This document shows positions 12,355 through 26,416 of a stretch of DNA of 64,000 nt, one piece after another. The first letter of the stretch is position 1; every line of letters starts with the position of its first letter. Below the pieces are notes generated by a model. It did not search any database and was not told where the DNA came from. It saw only the letters and a program-made list of their open reading frames with translations. Source of the stretch: Stegostoma tigrinum (taxonomy: Eukaryota); NCBI RefSeq assembly GCF_030684315.1, contig NC_081387.1:5684497-5748496 (forward strand), written 5' to 3'. The translations under genes and the position numbers were made by a program.

Positions 12355-12620
12355 AACAAAGAAAATTACAGCACAGGAACACCCTTCAGCCCTCCAAGCC
12401 TGCGCCGATCAAGATCCTCTATCTAACCTGTCAGCTACTTTCTAACGGTCTATGTCCATTTGCTTCCTGCCCATCCATGTATCTATCCAAGTATATCTTA
12501 AAAGACGCTAACGTGTCTGCGTCTACCATCTCCACTGGCAATGTGTTTCAGGCACCCACCACCCTCTGTGTAAAGAACTTTCCACGCATATCTCCCTTAA
12601 ACTTTCCTCCTCTCATTTTG
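12355..12620 (-). mobile_element. CR1 LINE 3' end
   Basis: Reverse complement of a CR1 tail (CAGAGGGTGGTGGGTGCCTGAAACACATTGCC...). Confidence 0.8.
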
Positions 12621-12839
12621 TGAGCTCACTTTGTCCTTTGTGTAATATTTCTGAGTGACTTTTAAATGATTTTGAGTGATATTTTTTGGTGGTCTGCCCC
12701 GACCCCACTTTTCCCATAGACCCCATTATTGCTACAGCAAGATTTCCTATCATGTGATGTTGCGCTGGAACACAAGTATTGCGATATAGCAGAACCCCTG
12801 GACTTTGTAAGGTTTTTTTTGAGAAGATAAATTGAAGCC

Positions 12840-15800
12840 CAGGATCAGAGGCCCAGAACAAAAGAATGACATTACGGGTAAACAGTAAGTTCTTTGGTTG
12901 GTGATAGTCAAATTAATAGCTATCTCTTTTAGATTACTTTCAGACAGAAGGTCAATAGGAGGAAATATTTACAGGTTAGAAATTAAAAGACCAGTACAAA
13001 ATTTGAATAATCAAATTAAGAACTAAGGAATTAAAATAGAAATGCTGGGCCAGACAACATGTTGTAACTGCACGATGTGGGAGCTGGTGGACTCCAATGT
13101 GGTTCAAGATATTGATTGCTTCAGGAACTCTGGCTGAGAGTAGGTGGGGGAAAGAGTTACCTGGATGTTGTGTTTCAGGAGACAGTCACACTCCTTAGAT
13201 TAAATTGCACTAATTTGGTCAGTGGTCAGGGACAGGAGGCAGGTAGAGGCATCCAAAAGGTACTGCTGAAGAGCTTCACCCCTTGAGCTTATCTAAAAGA
13301 TTTGAGATTGTTGTTCCTTTTGTGGATGTGGGCTGTAGCAAACTAACCATAGCTCCCTGGTACAGGGAGCCATTCAAGAAGGGGAGGAAAACAGAAATGT
13401 ATTCATAATTGGAGACAGTATAATCAAGAGAATAAATACTGATGTTTGTGGACAGCATCAACAGTTCTGGAGGCTGTGTTAACTGCTGCGTACTCAGTTT
13501 TGGGATATCTCAACTGGGCTGTCAGGAAACTTGGAGTGGGCGGGGAAAGATCCAGTTGTCATGGTCCATGTGGGTACCAATGATAAAATAGAAAGAGGAA
13601 AGTGCTTCAGTTGAGGGAATATGAACAGCTGGGGGCTAAATTAAAAGGCAGAATCAAAAAGGTGATAATCTGGATTACTGTCTGAACTACAAGCAAATTG
13701 TCACAGGCTAAATAAGATTACAGGTAAGTGCTGCGGCTCAAAGATTGTTGTGGGACAAACAGCTTTGAATTCATGGGTCATTGGCATCAGAACTGGTGAA
13801 GGAGGGAGCTGTTCTGATAGGGTGGACTGCACTGAATCGTGCTGGGACAAGAGTCCTGGCAAATCACATGAACTAGAGCTATGGTTTTCAATTAAATAGT
13901 GGAGGTGTGGGTTCAGTTGTATGGAAAATTATGGGAAAATTTAAAGAGGGTGATGGCCCAGTAGAGGCTATTAACATTTCTGGAACAAATAATAGGAGAG
14001 AGAGAGTATGGGAAGAGTCAGGAATCTAACTTCAGGTGCAGCAGGTAAGGGGGTAACTAAAAGAACAGGGGCAGTCAACAAAGAGCTGAGGTACTGTACT
14101 TAAATGCACACAGTACACAAAACAAGGTCAATGAACCAGCAGATTGAAATTGGCAGGTGTAATGTGGGTATCACAGAAGCATGGCTGAAAGGTGATCAGG
14201 GCTGGGAACTAAACAACCAAAGATACATGTCCTATCAAAAAGACAGGCAGATGGGCAGAGGGAGTGAGATTGCCTTGTTTGTAAGAAATTAAATCGATAG
14301 CAAGAAGTGATACACAGTCGGAAGGTATGGAATCTGTCTGGGTAGAGTTGATGAACTGCAAAGGAAAAAAGGAAAAGGAAAAACGGAAAAACTCCTGATG
14401 GGATAACAAAGTGTGGAGCTGAAGGAACACAGCAGGCCAGGCAGCATCAAAGGAACAGGAAAGCTGATGTTTTGGGTTGGGACCCTTCTTCAGAAAATCC
14501 TGATGGAAGTTATTTTTGGGCTTCCTAGCAGCAGTGGAGAAGGAAAGAAATCAGGAAATAGAAAAGGCACATAAGAAAGGCCCTACTACAATAATGATGA
14601 GTGATGTCAACACAGACAGACTGGGAAAATCAGATTGGTAATTGATCTCAAGAAAAGGAATTCATAGAATGTCTGAGATTTTTTTTGGAGTTGCTTGTGA
14701 ACAGCCCACTGGGGAACAGGCAATTCTAGATTTAGTGACGTGTTGTTAGACAGATATGATTAGGGAGCTGAAGGCGAAGGAAACCCTGGGGGACTACAGC
14801 CATAATATGATAGAGTTCACCTTGTTGTTTGAGAGAAGCTGGAATCAGTTGTAAAAGTATCACAAATGAGTAAAGACATGAGGGAGGAGCTGTTCAGAGC
14901 TGACTGGAAGTAGAATCTGGCAGGAAAGATGGTGGAGCAGCAATGGCAGGAGTTTCTGTGGGTAATGTAGGAGGCACAGCAGAAGTTCATCCAAAGGATG
15001 AAGAAACATACTAGGGGGACGCTGACAAGGGAAGTGAAGGACAGCATAAAAGCAAAAGATAAAGTATATGATGTGGTGAAGGTGGGTGGGAAGCTAGAGG
15101 ATTGGGAAGCCTTTAAAATCGGCAGAGGATAACTGAAAATGCGATAAATGGGAGAAGATGATATATGAGAGTAAGCTAGCCAAAAATATAAAAGAAGATT
15201 GCACGAGCTTTTTTTATATATTCAAAAGGTAAGACATAAGCAAGAGTGGACTTTGGACTGCTGGAAAATGAGGCTGCAGAAGTAGTAATGGTGAACAAAG
15301 AAATGATGGAGGAACCGTATAGGTATCTTACATCAGTTTTCACAGCGGAAGACACCAGCAGCATTCCAGAACTTTAAAAGAGTCAGGGGGTGGAGGTGAG
15401 GATAGTGGCAATCACGAAGGAGAAGGCGTGGGGGGAGGGTGAAAGGTCTGAAGGTGGATAAATCACCCAGACCAGATGGACTACAACCCAGAGTTCTGAA
15501 GAAGTTAGCTGAGGAAATTGTAGAGGAATCACTGGAGTCAGAGAGGATCCCAGAGGACCGTAAAATTATTAATGTAACACCCCTGTTTAAGAAGGGAAGG
15601 AGGCAGAAGACTGGAAACTGTAGGCTGGTCAGCTTGACATTGGTCGTTAGTAAGATTTTAGAGTCTATTATTGAGAATGAGTACCTGGAAGTACTTAGTA
15701 AAATAGGGCACGGTTAGCAAGACTTTATCAAAGGGAGGTCATGCCTGACAAATCTGTTAAAATTCTTTGAGGAGGTAACAATTGAATTAAACAACACTGA

Positions 15801-16945
15801 GCCAGTGGACATGATCTATTTGGATTTTCAAAAGGCCTTTAACAAGATGCTGTACAGGAGGCCACAAATTCAGATTAGAGTCCATGGTGTTAGGGAAAAG
15901 CTACTGGCATGGATAGAGGATTGGCTGAATGGCAGAAAGCAGGAAGTAGGGATAAAGGGTTTCATTTCGGGATGGTAGCCAGTGATAAGTGGTGTTCCAC
16001 AGGGGTCGCTATTGGGACCACTACTATTCATGTTATACATTAATGAAACAGACAAAAGAACTGAGAGCATTGTTACCAAGTTTGCAGATGACACATAGAT
16101 AGGTGGAGGGACACAGAAAAACAGGGAGGCTGCAGAAGGATTTGCATAGGCTAGGAGAGTGGGCAAAGTGGCAGACAGAATACAACATGGGTGACTGCGA
16201 GGTTATGTGATTTGGTTAGAAAATTAGAAGTGTAAACTATTTTCTAAACAGGTACAGGTTTTGGAAATCTGAAGCTATAAGGGACTTGGGAGTCCTAGAT
16301 CAAGATTCTCTTAAGGTTAACATGCAGGTTCAGTTAGCAGTTAGGAAGCAAATGCATTGTTAGTATTCATTTCAAGAGGGCTAGAATAAAACAGTAGAGC
16401 TGTTCCACTGGAACACTATAAGGTTCTGGTCAGACTGCATTTGGAAGAGTATGAGCAGTTTTAGGTTAAGGAATGATGTGCTGGCTTTGGAGGGGATTTA
16501 CAAGTATGATCCCAGGGATGAAGGGCTTGTCATATGAGAAGCAGTTGCGAACTGTGGGTCTGTACTTGATAGAATTTAGAAGAATTAGCGGGGGATCTGG
16601 TTGAAACCTACAGAATACTGAGAAGCCTGTATAGAGTGGATGTGGAGAAGATGTTTCAACTGGGAGGAGAGGGCGGACACAGCTTCAGAGTGAAGGGACA
16701 ACCCTTCAGAACTGATGCAAGGAGGAATTTCTTCAGCCAGAGGGTGGAGAATCTGTGGAACTCATCGCTGCAGAAGGTTGTAAAGGCAAAGTCAGAGTGT
16801 ATTTAAGACAGAGATTCTTGATTGGTAAGGGGTTTAAGAATTTCAGGAGAAGACAGGAGAATGAGGTTGAAAAACATGGCAGAGCAGACTTGATGGGCCA
16901 AATAGCCTTATTCTGTTCCTCTATCTTCTGGTCTTATATAATGAA
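12840..16945 (+). mobile_element. Near full-length degraded CR1 LINE (ORF1 zinc-finger/esterase; ORF2 endonuclease and RT), antisense in the ZNF-A intron
   Basis: ORF1 relics CCNCTMWEL, IIGDSII, VHVGTND; ORF2 VGITEAWL, KSPRPDGLQPRVLK, GVPQGSLLGPLLF, KFADDT; many stops and frameshifts. Confidence 0.9.
14402..14497 (-). mobile_element. 96-bp PLE terminal fragment nested in CR1, 9-bp TSD
   Basis: TCCTGATGG at 14393-14401 and 14498-14506 flanks a PLE end with a decayed hammerhead motif. Confidence 0.8.
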
Positions 16946-17223
16946 CAGATAGCTACTTGGGAAAGTTGATAAGTGGGTGAGATTGGTGACTGAGGTGGGA
17001 AAGTGGGTGCGGCTTTTTAAAATTCATTCATGGGGCATAGACTTTGCTGACTGGGCCACCATTGATTTGCTTATGTTGAAGTACTCTTGAGAAGTTGCTG
17101 GTGAGCTGTCCCCTTGAAATGCTGCGGTCTTCTGCACACTTCCTATGCACTGCAGAGTGTAGGAACACTCAGAGTGCCGATAGGAAGACAGTTCCAGGAT
17201 TTTGAGTTAGCACCAGTGAAGGA

Positions 17224-17315
17224 ATGAAGAAGGGTCTAGGCCCGAAACGTCGACTCTCCTACTCCTCTGATGTTGCCTGACCTGCTGGTTTCCTGCAGCT
17301 CCGCACTGTATCGAT
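17224..17315 (+). mobile_element. PLE terminal fragment with hammerhead motif
   Basis: ATGAAGAAGGGTCTAGGCCCGAAACGTC followed by a PLE tail. Confidence 0.7.
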
Positions 17316-18448
17316 AAGCTGTAATGATATATTTCCAAGTAAGGATGGTGCCTTACTTAGAAGGGAACTTGCAGGTGTTGTTCCCGTGTATCTGCCTTGT
17401 CCTTAATGGTAGACATCACAGGTTTGGAAGGCACTGTCGGAGAAGCAGAAGGTTTTGTGGATCAGTGAATGAGGTGGTTAAGAGTACCATGCATGATTGG
17501 GTCAGGGATCCAGCCAGGAGGGTTATCTAGATCAGTTTAGCTAGGAGTTTGGTGGCTAGGGGAGTGCCTGGAAAGTTTTGTTGGGGGGGGGGTAGTTAAT
17601 CAGGTCAGTCGTTTTTGGATGGCTGGGGGCTTAGCTGGGCTAGGGTAGGATAGGAGTGCAGGAGACATTAGGATAGTCATTTACTTAGTTACCCTGGTAT
17701 TAGATCAACTTTTCAGCAGCCTAACAATTGCTAGATAACTACCCAGATGACTGTCAGAAAGACACAGATATTCGTGGACAGTCCAGTGAAATGGGAATTG
17801 CTCAAAAATCAAACTTCATGAGTAATTCTTACATAAGTCGTGCCTGCCACAACGGCCCACTTAGTAGTTAGGAAGGCAAATGCATTGTTAGCATTCATTT
17901 CGACAGTATTAGAATGAAACTCTATAAAGTTCTGGTCAGACCGCATTTGGAGCAGTACGAGTAGGTTTGGGCTCCGAATCTAAGGAACGACGTGCTGGCA
18001 TTGGAGGGGTCGAGAGAAGGTTTACAATTCTCAATTATACGACTGGACGATGTGACATGCATGAACGCACGCATACAGGCAGACAGACGACCCCCACCAC
18101 ACACATATACACACAGAACTCAACAACTGGAAACAGGACAAATCCTCAGAAATTGCACCTCCCAGAAAATGACACCCCAGCTTCTCATATTCAGGAATGA
18201 GCCATCGACAAGACTCAGCCTGGAAATCAGAAGGGAAATGCTTCCAATAAACACACTCAATATCCAACACACAGCTCCAGTCTAACAGTTCAGTACAAAG
18301 CACTGAGTAAACAGCTCTCTCAGCTGGATCTTCTCACAAGCATAAGGGACATTTCCACCCCTGATTACCCACAGGACAGTCAGACTGCCTGAAGATTGGT
18401 GTGGATATTATGGGATACAATTTGAATAAAGGCTACTCCTTCACTCAC

Positions 18449-18552
18449 CATCTCACTTGATTTTTCAGGCCCTACGGGAAGTGAACCAGTTCTAGAAGAG
18501 GAAGAGGAGAGGATGGGCAGAATGGGGCTTTGTGATTGATGCCTCTCACAGC
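18449..18552 (-). other. Putative first exon of ZNF-A ending ATG|GTGAGT (5' boundary approximate)
   Basis: Consensus donor GAGATG|GTGAGT (GT at 18448-18447); the ATG is in frame with the ZNF exon when spliced to 7720; homologous in inverted orientation to 19546-19706. Confidence 0.6.
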
Positions 18553-18595
18553 CAATCCAAATTTTTAGGGCGCAATATGAGTTTCCGGCAGTTTG
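18550..18595. promoter_or_regulatory. Promoter-like motifs upstream of ZNF-A exon 1 (CCAAT box, ETS-type CCGGAA)
   Basis: AGCCAATCC at about 18550-18558 and TTCCGG at about 18583-18588; ATTGG also at 19553-19557 in the ZNF-B arm. Confidence 0.4.
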
Positions 18596-18709
18596 GGAAG
18601 CTGATAGGCAAAATGAAGGTGATGTTAAGCAGTAGATCGGGTGGAGATTTAAACTTGTCATTGTCTTGCCTGAATAAAACCTCACGTACAGTTTCTTCAG
18701 TCGTGCCAG

Positions 18710-19050
18710 AGGCAGTGGTGAGGTGATAATGTCTGGACCAGTAGTCTGGAGTTAACGTTCTGAGACACGGGCTTTCAATCCCACACATCGGTAGATGGTG
18801 AAAGTTCAAGAAAATTTGTAATTTAAAAAAAAGCCTAATTGCAGCCAGGCAGCCAATTTTGTTTGACATAAATTCTTCATTAATGTTTTTTAGGGAAGGA
18901 AATCTGCCACCTGACCTGGTCCAGCTGACATGTGGCTCCAGACACACGACAATTGGGTTTCCTCTTAATCACCCTATGAAATGCCTGAATGAGCCACTCA
19001 GTTCAAGGGCAACTCAGGATGGGAAGCAACACCCACATATCATGCAGGAA
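18710..19050 (+). mobile_element. tRNA-derived SINE (second family) between the two ZNF first exons
   Basis: TTTAGGGAAGGAAATCTGCC core and AAGGGCAACTCAGGATGGG tail; related copies at about 40313-40655 (-) and 57000-57230 (-). Confidence 0.65.
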
Positions 19051-19545
19051 TAAAAGCAAAGTTTGTCACAAATTCCTAGTGTTGGTTCAGCATTCTTCCT
19101 TGGAGGTTTTCAAACTTGACAACATGAGATGTATAACCTTAACCTCAGAAAGAAATGCCACTCACCAATGGACAAAACAAAATCAGTTGGAAAGAACTGG
19201 CAAGCACAAACTGCATAAGGGAGAGAAACGATCTGAGGACCATACAATGAAGCATTGCACCTTCGATCTCCAATCTAAAATGAGATGGGAGCTAAAACGA
19301 GGGCAGGAGTTTCAGCATTAATAAGGGAGTGAAGGGTGTAGTGGGGTGAAAGAGGTGGGTACGGGAGTGCAAAGGAGGGGAGACAGAGTTGAGTGCTTTA
19401 AAAAATTGGCCTGGGTTCTTGTCACTGGATTTCCTGGTGCGCACTTCCAATTTCAGCACAACACATATAATGATGAAATAGATTAATTTGCACGTTGACT
19501 GTGGTTGGAATTTCAATGTATTTCTGTTCTTGACAGGCTGTGAGA

Positions 19546-19645
19546 GACGTTGATTGGAGAGCCGAGTAATTCTGCCCACTTTCTGCCCCTCTGTTTCTAG
19601 AGCTGCTTCACAATTTGTAGCAAGTGAAAACCAAATAAGGAGATG
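19546..19645 (+). pseudogene. Putative first exon of ZNF-B with mutated donor (ATG|CTGAAT)
   Basis: Colinear with the reverse complement of the ZNF-A exon 1 (GGCTGTGAGAG, ATTCTGCCCA, TTCTAGA.CTG.TTCAC, GAGATG, TGAAGGAGTAGC, AATATCCACA). Confidence 0.6.
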
Positions 19646-19823
19646 CTGAATGAAGGAGTAGCTTTAATACAAGTTGTAATTCAAAATATCCACAGTGATG
19701 TTCAGTATCCAAGTGTGGTAGAGCCGTTTCATTACAAAAACTACTTTTTTTGTTATTCATTAACAGGTTGTAGAAATTATTGGCTAGGAGAGCATTTATT
19801 GCCCATCCCTAACTTCTCTAACT

Positions 19824-22090
19824 GAATGTGGAGGTGCCGGTGTTGAACTGGTGTGGACAAGGTCAAAAATCACACAACACCAGGTTATAGTCCAACAGGT
19901 TTAATTGAAGACACAAACTTTCAGAATCACACTCCTTCTTCAGGTGTCAGTGAAAGTGGTGCCATCAGACACAGAATTTATTAACAAAAAATCAAAGGTC
20001 ATGGAACTGATGTGAAAGTGTTGAACAAACATAAAATGGCTGTTAAATCTTTAATCAGTTAGAAGCGATTAATATGCAAATTCCAGAATTTCTTTCAAGT
20101 CACTGCCCCTCTGGAGGTTGTTGCTCCGGGCTTGACATGAATGCTCAAGCCATCAGCGAATGTGTAAATGCCAAATTCTTCTGCTGCTCTCACGAGGTAG
20201 CTCAAAACATCACCCAAGCACAATGTGATGCCATCTATGCTCTCAAGATCATTTGCAACATTGTCATCAAACCAGCAGACAAGGAGGAGTCATCGTCATA
20301 CAGAATGGAATGGCCTACTGCAAGGAAGCATATAGACAACTGAACAACCAAGAACACGACAGACGACTACCTGCCGATCCAACCAAAGAACTCAACAGAC
20401 TGATCAAGACTTTTGATCCAGTCCTTCAGAGTATCTTACGCGCTCTCATCCCATGTACTTCTTGCTTAGGGGACTTCTACTGCCTTCTGAGGATACACAA
20501 AGCCAACGCACTTGGAAGTCCTATCATATCAGGCAAGAACCTCTCTGGCTATGTTGAGGGAACCCCCAGGTTTTGTTGCAACACCACAGATTTCTGACAC
20601 AAACTCAGCAACCACTAGCCAATTGAACGAGGAACATTCTTTGACACAATGGACATTTCAGTACTCTACACCAGCATACCCCAAAACAATGGCATCGCTG
20701 CAACAGCCTCAGTATTCAGTATCAACAATTATCAGTTTCTCGACACCATCCTCAACTTATCTGCTTCATACTTGACCACAATGTCTTCACGTTCGACAGT
20801 CAGTTCTTCATTCAGACACACAAAACAGCCATGAAATCCAGATTTGCACCTCAATATGCCAATATTTTTATGCACAAGTTTGAACAAGACTTTGTTGCTG
20901 CCCAGGATCTCTGACCAATGCTATACACCAGGCACATTGACAACATTTTCTTCCTTTGGACTAACGGCAAGGAATGACTGAAACAATTACTTAATGATAT
21001 CAACAAGTTTCATCCCACCATCAGACTTACCATGGACTACTCTTTAGAATCAGGAATGTTCTTAGACATACGCATCTCTATCAATGACGAACACCACAGT
21101 ACCTCATTCTATCCCAAAACTATGGATAACCTCGTGATGCTGCACCTGTCTAGCTTCTACCCTAACATATTAGAAAAGCCATCCCCTGCAGACAAGCCCT
21201 ACGCATACACAGAATCTGTTCAGATGAAGAGGAGGAATGAAACAGAGACCTGAAGGATGCCATCACATGAATGAGATATGATGCCCAACTCATTGATCAC
21301 TAGTTCTGACAGTGAAGAACCATAATGACCACCTCAGAAAACAGACATCAGATATGACTGATTGGGTACCCCTCATTGTCCAGTACTTCCCGGGAGTGGA
21401 GAAACTACACCATGTTCTTCACAGCCTTCAACACATCATCGATGACGATGAGCACCTCACCAAGATCTTTTCTACAGCTGCAGTTCTTGCCTTCAAACAA
21501 TTGCTAAGCCTTAAACAGACCATTGTTCACAGCAAACAACCCAGCCTTCAGGACAACATCGACCACAACACCATACAACCCAGTCATGGCAACATCTGCA
21601 AGACATGTCAGATTTTTGACATGGATACTACTATCACACGGGGGAACACCGCCCACCATGTGCATGGCAGATACCCATATGACTCAATGTTGTCTACTTC
21701 GTGTTGCAGGCAAGGATGCCATGAGGCACATGGCGTATCAGTGAAACCATGCAGATGCTACTAAAATAGATGAATGGACACTGTGTAACAATTGTCTGAC
21801 AGAAATGTTCCCTCCCACTGGGGAAACACTTCCGGGGTCAAGGAGATGTGGCATCGGATCTTCAGGTAAATGTCCTCCAAGGCAGACTTCAGGATACTTA
21901 ACAATGCTGCGTCACCGAGTAGAAGCTGATAGCCCATGAGGATGGCTTCAATTGGGATACTGGGTTCATGTCATACCACAGGTGACCCCACCACGCTATA
22001 GATTCTCACACATACACACACTCTCTCACACAAATGCACTCACACAGACCCTCTCCCTCTCACACACACACTCTCTCTCTCTCTCCCACA

Positions 22091-22133
<43 letters not shown>

Positions 22134-22659
22134 TCTCTCCCCCACCGCCGCCACACACATATAAATTTATGGGGTGAATTTTCACTTGCAGATTTGTAAT
22201 TATAGATACATTCTATTTTGTTCAAAAAACACACAATTTGTACACAACGTGGCATTTTAGAAATTCCTACTTTGGAAATAAAATCAATCTGACTCCAAAT
22301 TAATAAACAGCCAGATTCTAAACAAGGCCTCACACCCAAAATGCATTGTCTGACCTGGGGTGTCACCTCTGGCGTACTGAAGGAAGTGATAAAACCTTTA
22401 GTTATCTCAGGGCAGTGACTTTAAAGAAGTTCTAGAATTTTCTTATCAATCCTTTCTAACTGATTACTGATTTAGTAGCCATCTTAGGTTTACTCAACTC
22501 ATTTGCATTAGTTCTATGACGCTTTGAGCTTCTGCTTATAAATTCTGTATCTGATGGCACGTCTCTCACTAACAACTGAAGAAGGAGCGAGACTGAAGGC
22601 TTGTGTCTTCAAATAAACCTGTTGGACCTGTTGGTGTTGTGCGATTTTTGACCTTGTCC
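19824..22659 (+). mobile_element. Degraded Penelope-like element with about 250-bp inverted terminal repeats
   Basis: RT relics IVIKPADK, MDISVLYTSIP, PQYANIFM, HIDNIF; GIY-YIG region relics; 19855-20110 is an inverted copy of 22408-22659; internal CA/CT microsatellite at 22010-22160. Confidence 0.85.
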
Positions 22660-22759
22660 CTAAGTTTAAAGTATCTTCTTGTCTTGCTGCAATAGATTTC
22701 TAAGATTTTGACCCTTGTGAATTATGTGCTGCAAGAATTCCTTGCCCCCGTTCTTGACT

Positions 22760-23460
22760 TTTAAAAGCAGCATTTATATCGCTGGTCCAATTCAGTTTCT
22801 GGTCAATGGTCAACTCAGAGATGTTAATAATAACAGATTCAATGATGGTAATGCCATTGAATGTCAAGGGGTAGATTCTCTCTCATTTGATGGACATTGA
22901 CTGGCACTTGCATGATGCATGTTACTTGCTACTTGTCTGCCCAAGCATAGATGTTGTTCAAGTTTTGCAATGTAAGGACACAGACTACTTCAGTTTTGAA
23001 GGAGTTGCAAACGCTGCCAAATGTTACGTAACTGTCTGCGAACACCCCCACTCTTGATCTTATGATAGATGGAAAGTCATTGATGAAGCAGCTGAAAATG
23101 GTTAGGCACAGCATATTACCCTGAGGAACTCCTGTAGTGATGCCTTGTGGCTGCGATGAATGACTTTCAATAATCAGAACCACTGTCCTTTGTGCTTGGA
23201 AATGATTCTAACTTTTCTCCTGATTCCCATTGATTCTAGTTTTGCTAGGATTCCTTATTGCCACACTCAATCAAATTCAGCCTTGTCATCATTTCATTTC
23301 TTGAATTCAGATGTTTTGCTTATGTTTGGACAAAGATTGTAATGAGTTCAGGAACTGAGTGGCCCTTCCTGAACCCAAATTGGGTGTCAATGAGCAGGTT
23401 ATTGTTGAATAAGTGCCGCTTGGTTATACTGTTAATGTTTCCTTCTATCACTTTGCCTGG
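22760..23460 (-). mobile_element. CR1-group LINE RT fragment (host of the PLE insertion)
   Basis: GVPQGNMLCLTIFSCFIND...VFADS; its 3' tail appears to resume at about 19750-19820 on the other side of the PLE. Confidence 0.7.
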
Positions 23461-26416
23461 AGTATATGTCCTGTATGCACTGGATAGAAGGGTTCAGGTG
23501 AGTGATTGACATATAAACCCTAAGACCCTAGAAAAGAAATGGCATGTCAACTAGTTCTCAGAGGCACTTCTCCCTCTTTGGGTGACTGTTTGTCAGGCAG
23601 CTACCTCCTTTAGCTGGAAGGTAGACCAGGAAAAATAGAGAATGTCCCACGGAAAAGACCCCATCAATCCACCCAAAGAGCAGAGTGCTGCTTTTGCAAG
23701 GTATTGAGATCATTACATTCTGTGCCAACCATCTGTTCATTCTTAAGCATCAATGAATCACTCTCAATTGTCTAATTAGCAATTCTATCAATCTAAGCCA
23801 TTGTATTTTAGTAGACAATTTTAAAATTACTTATAACTACTAACTACGTATGTTTTGCGACTGTGGCCTGAATCCTTGATCTTACACTTTTTGTTTCTTT
23901 GCTCTGATGTGCTGTGCTCCGGTCATTAGGGATGGGATATTTGTGGAGTTTTCTTCTATTAATTACTTAATTTTTTGCAACCATTCATGATTTGACAGGA
24001 CTCCAGATCTTAGATCCGATCCGTTGGTTGTGGGATGCTTAGCCTAGGTGATGCTTCTGCTGTTTGACAACCAGGTAGTCCTGTGTTATAACTCCAACAT
24101 GTTGGCATTTTTAGGTTTGCTTGGTGCTGCGCTTCCTGCACTCTTCTTTGAACCAGAGTTGATTCCCTGACTTGATGGTGATGGTTGAATGGGAATATAT
24201 TAGACCATTAGGTTAAAAAATTGTGGTTGAATGTAATTCTGCTAAATTTATTGCTACTAATCATTTTCCTAATTTTCTGCCCCAAGAAACTGTCACGTAA
24301 ACATGCTACAATCTTATCTGCTAAACCACCCTTGCCAATTTGATTTTACCAGTTTGTATGAGGGCTAAAGTACCTTACAATCCTTACGTCACCTTTGATA
24401 CAAGCTCCAGTAATTTATTGTTTAATGGTATAACTACTCTAAAGAGGCCTATAAATTGCACCCACCAAGTGCTTTCTGATTCTTGATAATCCTAATATCC
24501 TTTGTAATACCATAAATTTGCATCTCTGTATAACATATTTAAAATGCTTCGCCATTCAGATAAGAACTTTTAATTTCATTTTGTTGACTTCAGTTTCCTG
24601 CAATGAGTTTTTTGCTGATGTACAGTTTTTGCCAATAGAGCAGTTTTTGGTAAACTTTCTGTCTCTTGCTTCATTGCTGCTGTGTGACGCTGCTATTTCA
24701 TTTACAATGCTCTGAACCCAAGGACTAACCTGGCCTCCACGCTCCCTCTCCAGCTCTCTAACTCCCATGGCTGTCTCTCGATTCCACTGTTCCTGGAAAG
24801 CAACTCCTGCTTTATGCAGCAATGGGAAGCTTTGCAAAAAATAGAAGAAGGAGCTCTTCTTTCTCAATGTTCAGTAAATAAACAAATACACCTGGGAGTG
24901 TCTTACATGACCATCTTGCTGGCCAACAAGTGGAGAAATTTCATTACATCTCCATTGATGAATATGTTATCTATTGAACGCATAGCCCATCTCTGTCTAG
25001 TTTTTTTAAAAGTTGCTATTTAACTCTTTGTGGTGTTCTGAGTCTGGCTAGTTCTGTGTGCTTTGGTTGCAGCCAACTGCCCAGACCTCAGTACAGCATA
25101 AGTAAGGCAAAGCCCCAGCCCCAAGTGACCAGAGGACTTGGAAACGCATTTTAAGGGCAATAAAAATACATAATGCTATTGTAATTGTCCAATTGTAAGT
25201 GTAATGTTTGTATTTATTTTAGAACTTAACATCATTGTTACTTGGCAATTCTGAGTGTAATTAGTCTTTCTTTTTTATTTTATTAAATTGTTATTTAACA
25301 ATTCCTGGTGAATGAGGCTGGTTGAGTGAAGCAAAAGGCAGGATGGCAGATGGATCGGTGACAGACAGTAGGTGACCAGGTGGGTAGGATGGTAGACAAG
25401 TGGGTGAGGGTAAGTGGTAGGTTGCGGGAGAAGGCTGGGGCCTTTTAGGACAGACCCTGTTGTGATCAGAGTGGAGTGGATGTAATGGGCCCAGGTGGGC
25501 AGTTGTGAGCCTGCTTGTGGATAGGATTGGGAGTGCCCATTGTAGAATTGGGTCGGTGGAGTTTGGATTGGATTGGATTGGGGGAGTCAGCAGCTCAGAT
25601 TGTTAGGGTGTGAGGTGTAAGAAGTTGATTCAGGTTGTGGTGGGGATCCAGGGCCAGGCCATTTCCAGGGTGTTCTGGGTGTTGGGCCACGTTAGAGGTT
25701 AGAGTTAGGTCGGGTCAGGTCTGGTCACGTCTTGGGGTAGAGTAGATGGAGGAGGAAATCAGATCAGAGAGGGGCTAGGTCTGGGCAAGGGTCTGTTTCT
25801 GTGCAGGTTTGGGGGGTTGCGATTTGGGTAGAAATTTGGGGTTCAGTTTATTAGTTATCACAGAGTTAGAGCAAGTTATTTAAGATTTTCTGGGTAACTA
25901 TTTGACTAAATAAATTGTAACTCCTCAAATTTTTGAGTTTGACTGAGCATTGGGAACTTTTTTGGAGAGTTTTAGATATCAGGCCTTCCCAACAATTCCT
26001 ACAAGTCAACTGTGCTGTCTATCTATACTTCAGCAATGATGTTCTTCCAATCAAAATATATGAACCATACTCTACAGGCAAAACTGATCTTTGCCAACAT
26101 AATTCAACCTGATTGTTAACCTTTTTACATGCTACCCAACTGTCTTTTCCATTGCCCTTGTGCTACCTGGGGGAGGTGAGGGTCTGTGTGGAAGAAAGAA
26201 AGTGGCAGTGCTGTCTGCCTCACTTTGCTATCCAGTGTCTGCTGGAAATAGAGGGTACATGACAATCAAGTGAGGATAAAGAAAGGACTCTTCCACACTG
26301 GGGAATAGCAGACTAGGACTCACTGTGGAATAGTCTTGGACTGAGGAGTCAGCCCCTTCAGCAAATGTGGAGAGGGGTGGTTGGCGGAAATAATATTTCC
26401 TTTTCCTGTTTTACAG

